Positions 53,383-64,000 of a stretch of DNA of 64,000 bases are shown in pieces; position 1 is the stretch's first letter, and the number at the start of each line of letters is the position of its first letter. Source of the stretch: Xylographa opegraphella (Eukaryota); NCBI GenBank assembly GCA_022813865.1, contig JALDZX010000003.1, positions 248,001-312,000 of the forward strand. Direction: 5' to 3'. The translations under genes were made by a program, and so were the position numbers. Below the pieces are notes generated by a model, which was given only the letters and a program-made list of their open reading frames with translations, did no database searches and had not been told where the DNA came from.

Positions 53383-56300
53383 TTAATCCATCTCAAAAGA
53401 ATACCACGAGTCTTCTGAGCTGCGTAATTGACCGTGTCGCATAGTATGCAGCACAGATCCAACAATGCCCATATCCGACTCCTCAGAGCTTACCATCTCT
53501 TCGCCTTGCAGGGACTCCATTGCGGCTTCGATTTCTTGGCGTAGCGTTTGGAACCCTTCGAACGAGGAGATCGAATGGGGGAAGAGAGTGGCGAATCGAT
53601 CGGCGTCGTCATCTTGCTCCACATCAAATCTCAATCGGTAGTCCTGAGACAACGTGATGAGGTAGGTGGGTGACTTACCTTCCTTATATCCACTGCATTC
53701 AAGCTATCTGCATCTCCTGCAGGTAGATGGACCAGATACTTATTGGTAGCATGCTCTTCCTTCCACTGAATGTCCTTGCTGTTTCCTATGCCATGATCTG
53801 CGCCCTTTCCGTAGATACACTCGTTTACAAAAGGGGTCGCTGTTGCCAGTAAAGCATTGATATCACTAATAGTTTTGCGATTTTGCTGTATTCCATTCTC
53901 AACTATGAGAGATCTCCCCGTGGCCATGGCTAGGTTATCGCCTTCCGTTTCATAGGTCTGCGTTTCAGTAGAAGGCGAACCTGACTCTTCGTGTTGCTCT
54001 TGGCCATGTTCCAATCCAAGAAGTGCCCTCAAGTCGTTGATGTTCATGTTGCTTTCATTTATGCGTTCGTCAACACTTCGAAGGGTATCTTGTGCACTGT
54101 CTAGATCGTCGTCCAAAGTTTGTAGCCTTAGTCTCTCAGCACAAGGTGACTCCGATCCTTTAAGCATTTTCTGAACCCGATTCCACCAAACCCCTTTCTT
54201 GAGACTGCTCGTTTGGAGCTGTACATGTGGAGAATTTCCAGAGTGGTACGTTAACTCCCCGTCACCGTAGGTGATGCTCTCCATCTGTGAGAATGGATCT
54301 CTACGATCTCCATTGTCAATTAACAAGGATGGCGGCGTAATGTTTTTAGGAAGCGCTACACCATTCAGAGAAAACTCATTGTAGAATGGACTGAGCCATT
54401 CACCTCCAACCGGGGAGTCAGCAATATTAACCGGCGAAGCAGCGAATTTGGGCAATCTAGCAGCGATAAAGTCAGTGCTTGGGTCGTGAAATTGGCATGC
54501 TACCACAGCTTGTTCTGATGGATGTTTCGGGTGCAAGTCTGGCTCCGTAGGACCTCCAGTACAGCTTTCCGCCTCTTGACCCTGCTTTACAGGTGTAGTG
54601 TTAGGTGTACGGAAACCGTTTTCTCCATCGCTATACTCGGATTCAGTCACTCGGTAAGGTACGCTCGAGAACGCCCGAGCCAAGTAGTGATCAACTTCGG
54701 GATTCATGACAGAGAAGTCTACAGAACTCGGACGCGTGTTGGACACTGAAGCAAACAGATTCGGAGTATCATTCCTGGTGTCGTCATACTGGCTGTTTCT
54801 AACGGACACTTTATGCGACTGCTTCGCTGGAGAAAGTTCAAACGCCCCAGGCATTGAGCGATATGTCTTGATCTCAGCCCGAGGTTCATGATACGGATTG
54901 CTGCTATAATCAGGCAGTGGGAGAATCATTCCTATGGAATGGTCTTCGATGAAACTACTTGGCTCGTTTGCCCTGGAAACTGAGCTCTGATAAAGATCGT
55001 TATGCATCGGTGATCTAGTCGTTTGAGTCTCTGTATTGCAAAGAATAGCTGATATCGAAAGGTTTGCTGTAGAATCAAGGTGTTTTTCAACATAGGCAGG
55101 TGATCTGCTCGGATACTCCCTCAAAACACCCGGTTCTGTGCTGATCCCTGGACAGCCTGATTCTTCATTGAGTCGTAAAAAAATCAGCTTCTCATTATCA
55201 GCCTTACCAGCCTCGTGGTTGTCGCGGACTGGATCCATTGCGCCAATAATACTGAATGTTTGCCGGGCATGATTGCTTTGGACATAGTTAGTTTCTTCAA
55301 AAATTGGCCGACAGGACAATCGACTGGTAGTTGTTATATCGCAACCAGAAGAGGTGATATCACTGTGTGCGGAGCATCTCCTCATTTGTAGACCCGAATC
55401 AGGCAACAAATTCTCTTGTAGGCATGAAGATGGTATGGTGGGTAATCGCTGTAAGTCGGAAGCCTGTTTCAGGACTTCTAGATTTGCCACACTTAGCTCT
55501 TGCTCGTTGTCGGCTATCTCAGGCGCTGCATCAGTAAGATGCTCATTTATCCCTGGAGTTAGCATTGAGACTTGCTTGGACTTAGTATGGTCTAACATCA
55601 ACTCAAAGTGAACTCTGCGGATACTGCCGGGGGTCGCTACTGACGATATACTCTTTGGTACAAGATCGGAAGAGTTGTTGTGAGCATTCGATTGGTCCCT
55701 CATTTGACGAAGTTCAAGACCCGGTACATCACTATGGTCCGAAGCTGTTTCAGCGCTCATACTACGGACAAAGTGATAGCGTCGCTGTCGGTCAGCTCTA
55801 GCCTTCTCCCAAGACGACTTTGGACCCATGCTGGGCTCTTCGGATCTTTCACTGCCATATTCCTCATCGGCATCATAGGCTTCGGAGCTATTGACTCCTA
55901 TCTCGGCAGTACCCGCAGGCTGAAATTGAGCTGGAGATATGAATACTAGGTCGCTGAGACCGCTCGGCATACTCGTGGTTAGCTTGAGTGACAGACGGGA
56001 TGAGACCTTGTCTTCTTGTGACGTTTTTCCGACCTCGTATTTTCCATCGGAGTTGCAGACAGTCGATTCTGAAACAGCTTCTTCACCCAGCCGTAGAGCT
56101 CGGCGGTATGGAGATGGTATGCCGAGATTGCGAGTCTGCTCCCGATTGCCCTTGACAAAAAGATTGCCTCCAAGATGAGATCGGATTGACGATATAGTAG
56201 CCAGAGAAGAGACGGGTATATGGTCAGAATGATTCGGCAAGGAAATATCTGGAACTTTGTCGGAAACACTTTTTATCTCTTTGCCACAACTCTCCTCGTT

Positions 56301-57059
56301 TGAGACATCTGCTTTCATCTGATTCTGGTTGTAATTGATCGGCGGAGCATCAGCTGCCTTAGATTTATTCGCATCTGCCGTGGCATGCGTGATGAAGGTT
56401 TTAAGGCTGATAGGGGAGCCTGCGGTGTCAGTTGATGTTCTCCCGCTTGCTTCCTCCATTAGCGCGACCATTGTTGGAGGCATGCTATCATGGTCCTGGT
56501 CTGTAATTGTTTCTTTCCGTAACAATCCCATTGTCTCAAGTAGTGTAGAATCAGGAATCTCCACATGAATCTCGTGACACATGTCAGAGGCCCGAGTGGT
56601 AGCTGTGACTGAGGTTTGGAAATCATCATTCAGTCTATTTCTTGAGGTTCGACTTCGTAGAGAGGATAATATACTCTGTCTATGCTCATTTTTTGCGCTA
56701 TGCGTAGTTTCGACGAGTAAATGAGTATCAGGTCGTTCTGTGTCCACGTAGAATATTTGTGCTTTCGAGCGAATGGTATCAGACACGGATTTGAAAGTGC
56801 TTGAAGCCATCTTATGAAACGATCGCCTGCTGTGAGTGCCATAAGAAGTCCGTTCAGATATGTTAGTATTCAATTGTTGCAGATCCAGGAGTTTGTCCGG
56901 ACTTCTAGATCGTGAAGTAGTGCCACTCCCAAAGCCTGAATCACTGGTAGGCGTGCCAGTACCTCGCTTATATGATCTCAATGTCATTCTAGAATCACGG
57001 TCCTCAATATCATTGCTACGAAGCCATAATCTACTCAATTGACTTCTGAAGAACGACAT
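53383..57059 (-). CDS. Large Ser-rich, probably disordered hypothetical protein
   Basis: Uninterrupted 1142-aa ORF, with a probable final exon to 53383 via GTAAGT...CAG at 53678-53644; no domain recognised. Confidence 0.7.
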
Positions 57060-57640
57060 GTTATGACGAGGCCGTTTTTGAACGTGCGGCGAGCAGTTGG
57101 AAAGCTATTGGACAGAGGAATTCTCAGACCTAGAAAAGAATAGCAGGGAAGATAGGGGCAAATGCTGCTGAGAAAGAAAAGAGATGAGAGATGCTGCTCA
57201 ATGAGATCCCAAGAAGAGCTGTGGGACTCAGAAAAAGAAAGGTAGCAAGATCAGAAAAGAAAGAGAGATTGCAGTGCAGATGCAATAGTGAGGAAATGTA
57301 AAGACGATCCATTCGAGAAACAACGGCCATTTCAAGGCACCTGCCCTCCATGATTGAAATTTGACTAGAAATGCTAGATATCCAATGTTGAGGCGGAAGG
57401 TGGGAAGCGACCTCGTGGATGTCAACGCGCAACCGTAATTAACTCGGTAACTTTAAGCTAATTTGCGCTAGTCAATCGGCGAAGCGCCTCAGCGCGCCTT
57501 GCGAAAGATACAACTCACTTTCAATCAAACTTTCCGTCCGAAAACACACCAGAATTATCAAGAATCCTCAATCCTGTAAATGAACACAATGATATGAACA
57601 GTCGGCAACGTTCTTGCCTGTCCTAGAGGTTCAATATAAT

Positions 57641-58863
57641 ATGGCTACCACCAAAGTAGTACCGTCGTTTGACGACATTATCCAAGCCGGTCAGTACGCC
57701 GTTTCCCCCCTGAAGGGCGTACCTGCTGATTCATGAAAGATCGTCTGCGGAGAAAGAACGAGGCGCTTGCCAATGAGATATTCGGTAAAGGGCGTAGAGC
57801 TAGCACGCCAGCTACCACCGGTAAACGCAAGCCCGGCATGCCCAGCTTAGCCAGCAGGGTTGGCGTCACGAAGGTCAGCGGTTCCTGAACTTCATGGCCT
57901 TATCGTTCCTACTCCTTACACTTAACAGCCTTCTAATCGATCTGCCTCCTCTACTCCCAAGCCTAAAGCTGGTGTCGATAATAGCTGGACCCACGATCTC
58001 CACCACATCAACAATCCCTCTACTGTACGACAGCCACGATTGGGGCGTGAGACTGTGCATACTCGCACACTTAAAAACAACGATCGTCTGCTTAGTGCTA
58101 TTTCAAAGGAAGAGCACATTGGTCGAGCTGCCACCGGAAATGCTTTTGCTGGGGCAGACGGCATTACTATTCGAGGCCTGGCAGGACCTTACACGGTCCA
58201 AGCTAGCAACTTTGCTCCCGGAACCACTGCTGCAGACATCGAATCCGCAATGGTTCCTATAGGGGGCGAGATGCAGTCTTGTAGAATCATTAAACCCGCA
58301 CCAACTGTTATTGCTGAGATGGTCTTCCTTGATAAAGCTGGCGCGGACAATGTGATTTCGACATTCAATAATCAAAAGGTCTGTCCTCAAAACTAGCGGT
58401 GGGTAGTCTACGGCTGACAGATGCTTAGGCCGATGGTCGAACACTTCATGTGTACATGAAAAACGGGCCTCCGGAACCCATTCCTGCTTTTGTTCCCACT
58501 ACATCTGCTCCCATTCGTGTGACCCCGACCGAGCCCAGAGCTGCCAGACCTGCTATTGAAAGATCCGGGTCCCCCCGCGATATACCCATAGGAGAGCGAA
58601 GTGGCAGGCGTGCGGAACCTGAATTTCAAGATGGGAGGTACGGATTCGATGCACAAGAAGAGGAAATGGACATAGACGTCGAAGAACGACGGGAAGAACG
58701 GCGTGGAGATCGTAGGGATGACCGAAGAGATCTTGGACGCGGTAGGGATGGGAGAAGAGGGATAGATCTTGGACGTGGTCGAGAAGGGGGTAGAGGCAGC
58801 GATAACCGTGGCCTTTACAGCGATGACATCTATTCTCGCTCACGTGGCCGGGGCTATCGCTAA
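57641..58863 (+). CDS. RRM-containing RNA-binding protein with RG/RD-rich tail (4 exons)
   Basis: SFDDIIQA.RLRRKNEALANEIFGK, SWTHDLH, GPYTVQASNFAPGTTAADIESAM...VIAEMVF...FNNQKADGRTLHV and a GLYSDD tail. Confidence 0.8.
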
Positions 58864-59212
58864 GATGCTCGAGACTACCCTCGTTAGCTGTGTGCCGTGA
58901 ATGGGCAAAGCAGGAACCGAGCAGTGTTGCAATACTACAAACTCTAGAAGCGTGGTGTTCGGTGTATAGGAATTCTATGAATAACCTTTTCTCTGTACAG
59001 GGAACGCTGCTTGAAATCTGAAAGGTGCAAAGTAGTTAGCAATGCTTCATGAATCTTTAAGGGCGACAGCGCACTAATCACGGCTTCCGTAATCCGCTGT
59101 GTGTTTTTTCACAATACATACCTTAGAGTCAGACCCTATCGTTCATTACACGAAGAATAAAATTATTTCTTCAAGAGTATCATCATTATTATATTGGTAG
59201 TGTATAGCTATA

Positions 59213-60213
59213 ATGGGTATTGTGACTGAAGATTCTATACCTGGACCAACAGAACCTATGGATGACGAGTGGGACGAAGAGCGCATCAACTCCTCTCTAT
59301 CACTTCTACAGGAAATGCATATACAGGTAGATCTCATGCACGCATGTATTTCAACCAGCAGCTAAGATGAAGTGCCCAGCTTCGAGAGCTCCGGCAGACC
59401 ATCCCGTCTCTGATGCAGATCATGCATGTCGAGTATCCTTCCACCGAAGCCCTTTACACCAACATCTCTCACACCGCTATGAAGTCTATCGCGTGCATAC
59501 AAAGCTTCACCACTCTGGTCAAGAGTCCGAGGAGCCAAGAAGTCCTTGTCAGAGCCAAAGGAAGCAGAACTAAGAATGAGGAGGGCATTACAGGATGGCT
59601 TGTTACGCATCATCCAGACTGGCTTGACAGAGCAGTCGAAGATGGCGTGAAGGAGCTGAAACTTGACGAGGACCAAAAGAACGACGAAACTCGTACAACC
59701 CTTTCATTAGAAGACGCCACTTCTATACTGCACAATTTTCAGGACGAGCATCCCCTGGTTGAGGTCTTGGTGGACAAGGAGTCCAATAGTATCAAGGTAT
59801 ATGCTTATCGATCACCGACGCTGAATTGTGATACTGACATTGACAGCTCTATCTACCTCCCCCCACTCGGATCCACTTCCACATACAGCTCCAGCCAGGT
59901 TCCCGAAGTAATAAAACATATGCCGTTACCTGTGCGGAATCATCCCATCTCCATGTCGGTATTCTTGGAAGTATTGCAAAGAGACCACGATCGAATGACC
60001 TGAAATATCTTCTGGTACTCCAAAATTCTCAACGTCACAATATTCTCCACTAACCTTTCACAGGAAATGCTCGCATCATATTCAGACATTAAGACAACGG
60101 CGTGTCACAAATGCAGCAAGCTGCTCGATTTTGAAGCTCAATTTCCTGTCGTGCGGTCGAGAAAGAGCATCCCTCCCACTTCTTGGCAAGTATTGCACAC
60201 TGACTGCAGTTGA
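59213..60213 (+). CDS. MED27: Mediator subunit Med27-like (4 exons)
   Basis: N-terminal WDEERI..LQEMHIQLRELRQTIP; C-terminal LKYLLEMLASY....CHKCSKLL....P....WQVLHTDC zinc-binding signature. Confidence 0.7.
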
Positions 60214-60220
60214 TCGATCA

Positions 60221-60862
60221 TTACCACCTTGGTTGAGGAGCAATCCGATCATAGGTGTTGTAATAAAATGAATCTGGTTTAGGTCGCCCCCAGTCTATGA
60301 ATGCGGTATCCTCGTCGTAAGCGAACGGATTTACTTCTTCAGAACCGTCGTTGTCGTAATGTGGATAGCTCTCGACGCCATACGCATCTCGATGATAGTG
60401 TGCAGTCCGGGGATGCCGCCTCTTTTCCCACTTCACGTCGCTCCACATTTCGCCGTGAGGACGAGCATACTTTCGAGTACGGAAGTCATACTTCTTGTGT
60501 CTTCCGCCTGCAAAATCAATTACTCCTCTTTCATCGAGGTATCCAAGATTGTCGTATGTATACCCATGCTCGTCAACGTCCATCCAGTTGGACCAGACAG
60601 GACGATGGGGCTCCAAGTTTCCCTCACGTCCCACGAATATGCCTGGACCTTTGTTGGTGAATACATCTTTCCATCTTCTCCAGGAGTAAGGCGGTCTATT
60701 TGTTCTGCCTTTGTCTCTGGGCCAAATAAAAGCCAGACGACGGGATCCGTCCTTGTTTAAAGGACCGTGCTGGGTGGCGGCCCATATAGGTATGGCCTCC
60801 CTACGGCGATTGAGCAAGCTGGCGTCCCGGAAATACCCTGGCGGATGGGTCGGATTCACCAT
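60221..60862 (-). CDS. Hypothetical protein (213 aa, aromatic/charged)
   Basis: Intronless ATG-started ORF with protein-like composition (W/Y/D/R-rich); no family recognised. Confidence 0.65.
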   Translation of the reverse strand: MVNPTHPPGYFRDASLLNRRREAIPIWAATQHGPLNKDGSRRLAFIWPRDKGRTNRPPYSWRRWKDVFTNKGPGIFVGREGNLEPHRPVWSNWMDVDEHGYTYDNLGYLDERGVIDFAGGRHKKYDFRTRKYARPHGEMWSDVKWEKRRHPRTAHYHRDAYGVESYPHYDNDGSEEVNPFAYDEDTAFIDWGRPKPDSFYYNTYDRIAPQPRW

Positions 60863-61921
60863 ACTGAAGATAAGACAGGTGTAGCTTAAGAGGCGGAACG
60901 GACTGCCTGAAGAAAGAAATATAATGTTGAGCCTGGTATGTGCTCATATAAGCATATTGAAGTGGAGGCTCACTTGATGGGTCCTTGGAAGTGTTTGACA
61001 AGCAAACCACGACGTACAGCACATTCTCCATAACATGATGGCAACGAAAGCCACTGCGCCTGGGAAGGACATTTTTGTTGACAGTATTTATCAGACAAAC
61101 AAACGAAGTCGAAGTATTAGAGCAGCAATCGTCAGATCGACTGACTTGCAGGTCACGTGGACATTATGGTCATCTTAGAAAGTTGTTTGTTATGTGCGAG
61201 AGCTTCATGGGAATCAGCATAGCAGCTTATAAGAACTTCGAGGTATGATTCAGCCGATATCTTTAATTGGCTACATTTCTACACTACAACGGTACGTTGT
61301 CGGAATCGAAGGAGAAGGCCTCCTCTATCGTCATACAAGACATGAACCTCCGAATGAGGTATTATATTTATGCCTCAGATCGAATTGTTTTATTCTGCTT
61401 TGAATATCTATTTTCGTTCAGTTGGCTGTAGACACTCAGCCATCAGTTACACATATTTGGGGTACGGCCTCATAAGCCACAATCTATGAACGAAGTACGA
61501 AATTAGATGCTACTTGATTTCACTTTCCTGGGCTTTGTCGAATTGTTCTATGAACATGGGATGTATGTGGGCTATCGTCAGTCGTCACAGGCGTTATATA
61601 GAAAGGCTACGTGGATGACTGAATGACTGAAATTTGTGAGCTTAACGGAAGTCTTAGTATTATTATCTTATTATTCGAAAAGATGTGCCAGCCTGCGTTA
61701 AGTGACATAGAACTTTTCGCTGATCCAATTGCCATGAGAAACAAGGAATCCGTATTCAAAAGACTGGAGAGGGATGCTACCATAAACACCCCCGTAGCCC
61801 TCCAGCTCGAGTTACAGATCTAGCTTCTGTCAGCCGAGGCTGAATCGCTGCTCTATATAATCTTCGAATAATTTAACATCCTTCTTCCATCCACTACCTG
61901 CTCCTCTTCGATACTTTGATC

Positions 61922-62959
61922 ATGTCGACGCAACCCCAATCTATCCTTATAACAGGGTACCTATGCTCTTCGTCCTTCATTCCGCCCCAATGATAGTAAG
62001 CTGACGGCCGCCGAGATGCTCTCCCGGCGGGATCGGTCATGCTCTCGCGCGAGCCTTCCACGCCCGCGGTCTACGTGTCTTTGCTACCGCTCGCAAGACA
62101 GAGACGATAGCGGATCTTGCCGGCCTCGGAATTGAGTGCCTCCCCCTGACCGTAGACGACAAGGCCAGTGTGCAGGCGTGCTACGAAGCGGTAAGGCAGC
62201 AAGTGGGAGCGCGGGGGCTAGACTACCTCTTCAATAACGCAGGGCGAAGTACGGTCCTCCATCATTGATTGCTCAACCCCCTTCCCTCCGGCGCACTCTG
62301 CGGCTCACCGTGCATGCGCAACGAAAAGCTGACGCGCAGCTCGCTGTCCAGATTACACGGTCCCCGCTCTCGAGGTCGACATGGCCGAAGTGCACGCCAC
62401 CTTCACGACGAACGTCTTCAGCATCATGCACATCAACGCCGTCTTCGCGCCGCTGCTGCTGACCGCGCGCGGCACCTACGTCCACACGGGCTCCATCGCC
62501 GGCGTGCAACCGTATGTGTGGGGCGCGGTCTACAACGCCTCCAAAGCCGCGCTGCAGGCCTACTGCAACACGCTGCGCGTCGAGATGGCGCCCTTCGGTG
62601 TCAAAGTCATCAACGTGCTCACTGGGGGCGTGAAGAGCAATATCGCGCGGACGGAGCGGACGTTGAAGGCGGGCAGCCTGTTCAAGCCGGTGGAGAAGAG
62701 CTACGAGCGGCGGCAGAAGCATAGCCAGGAGGTGGGCATGGAGACGGACAGGTTCGCGAGCGAGGTCGTGCGGAAGGTGCTGGGGGCCGAGGGCTGGTTG
62801 TGGAGTACGACGGAGGTGTGGGCGGGGGCGAAGGCGGGCACGGTGTGGTGGGTGGATGGGCTGGATCGCGTGTGGCCGGGAGGGTTGTGGGGGCATATCT
62901 TGAGCTATATCTTTGGGTTGGGGGATTTGAAGGGTGGAGCGCGGAGGAAAACGGACTGA
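61922..62959 (+). CDS. AYR1: Short-chain dehydrogenase, NADPH-dependent 1-acyl-DHAP reductase-like (3 exons)
   Basis: SILITGCSPGGIGHALA..F..RGLRVFATAR, LDYLFNNAG, catalytic YNASKAAL, LRVEMAPFGVKVI and TGGVKSNI. Confidence 0.82.
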
Positions 62960-63541
62960 AAGGGGAAGGGGAGGGTTGGGGTGGTGGCAATACCGACTGG
63001 AGATGTCGAGTCCAATGTGAAAGTGCGGGACATGGCTACGATGAACGACCTGGAAGGTTAGAGCCGGTAGATGGGATCAGACTGTCTCCTTCGGCAGAGA
63101 TAGACTTCCGTTATGAACGCAGTATGTCACGGGGAGCGCCTCGTCCGAAAGCCGAGAGCTCTCGCTCCACGAGCAAATGAGCAGTAGTAATGCAGGGATC
63201 ATCGAGTGGAAGGTACACCAAGAGTGAAACAGCCAGAAGAAGGCAGGATGCAGAAGTCGATAGCGATGGAGACTCGAACCATAAGAGTATCGAGGTCGGG
63301 TAGCTCTGGTAGTCTGATGGCGCCATCGCTCTCCCCGCTGCTCATTGGAGGCATTGTGAGGAGATCTTCGCTATGAGTGGACGAAACTACAATGGAAGAG
63401 GTATAACTGAGAATATAAGAGGGCGCGTGGGGTGGCCGTTATTTCATTTGATAAGTTTATTTACATCGACTATATATCTATAGATACATATGCAAATACT
63501 TGGCGACCAAGGTCATACTAAGTGGATTTTGAGGAACCAAG

Positions 63542-64000
63542 ATGGCCACAGCTGTCCAGCAAGATCTGGCCGCGCAAAATGAGAAGTATGCTTCCACCTT
63601 TAGCGAAGGTCATCTGGCCTTGCCGCCCGCGAAGAAGTATGCAGTCGGTACGTGTCTGTCTGTAATGACTCTGCAATCCGTAACAGATGCCTCTTGGATA
63701 GTGCTGATCTGTAGCTACAGTCACATGCATGGATGCTCGTAAGTCTTTTTATACAACTCTATGCCGACGGGTGCTCAAGCTCGCAGGTATTGACCCAGTC
63801 GCTGCATTCGGGATCACTCTCGGAGACGCCCATGTGATTCGTAACGCCGGCGGCAATGCTAAAGATGCTTTGCGATCGCTTGTGATTTCCCAACAGCTAC
63901 TCAGAACGAATGAGGTCCTCATTATCAAGCACACTGGATGTGGGATGTTGACTTTCAAGAATGAAGACGCCTACGCTGTTGTCGAGAAGAATCTAGGATC
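63542..64000 (+). CDS. Beta-class carbonic anhydrase (runs off window end)
   Basis: LALPPAKKYAV|TCMDARIDP, GDAHVIRNAGG and IKHTGCGMLTF; zinc ligands CxD and HxxC. Confidence 0.9.

Noticed and set aside
60863..61920. AT-richer intergenic region as a transposon relic
   Set aside because: No terminal repeats, target-site duplication or transposase-like fragments were seen.

Overview
Gene-dense, intron-containing fungal DNA. It is a filamentous ascomycete (Pezizomycotina), judged from short GT/GC-AG introns with CTRAY branch points and from gene content; the species cannot be determined. The left ~18 kb looks accessory or nutrient-related: a decayed secreted-protein gene, an F-box protein, the vacuolar iron transporter CCC1, a secreted acid phosphatase, an N-terminally anchored multicopper oxidase, a yellow/MRJP protein, betaine-lipid synthase BTA1, a tiny Gly/Thr-rich multi-exon gene and several gene remnants. 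From 18 to 60 kb is a housekeeping block: ATG15, a VPS9-domain GEF, RPL7 with an intronic C/D snoRNA, SNF8, eIF3c, YAK1, RAD26, POL1, eIF4G, an RRM protein and MED27. An AYR1-like SDR and a truncated beta-carbonic anhydrase close the window. No rRNA, tRNA, CRISPR array or intact transposon was recognised. The most notable observations are (1) the RPL7-intron snoRNA, (2) a 7-exon mini-gene apparently needing two GC donors and possibly a TT donor, (3) an in-frame, stop-free eIF4G intron holding a tandem array of branch-point+acceptor units, and (4) recurrent GC-rich islands whose skew flips from C-rich to G-rich. CDS coordinates span first to last codon including introns. Exon structures were inferred by eye and no database search was run.
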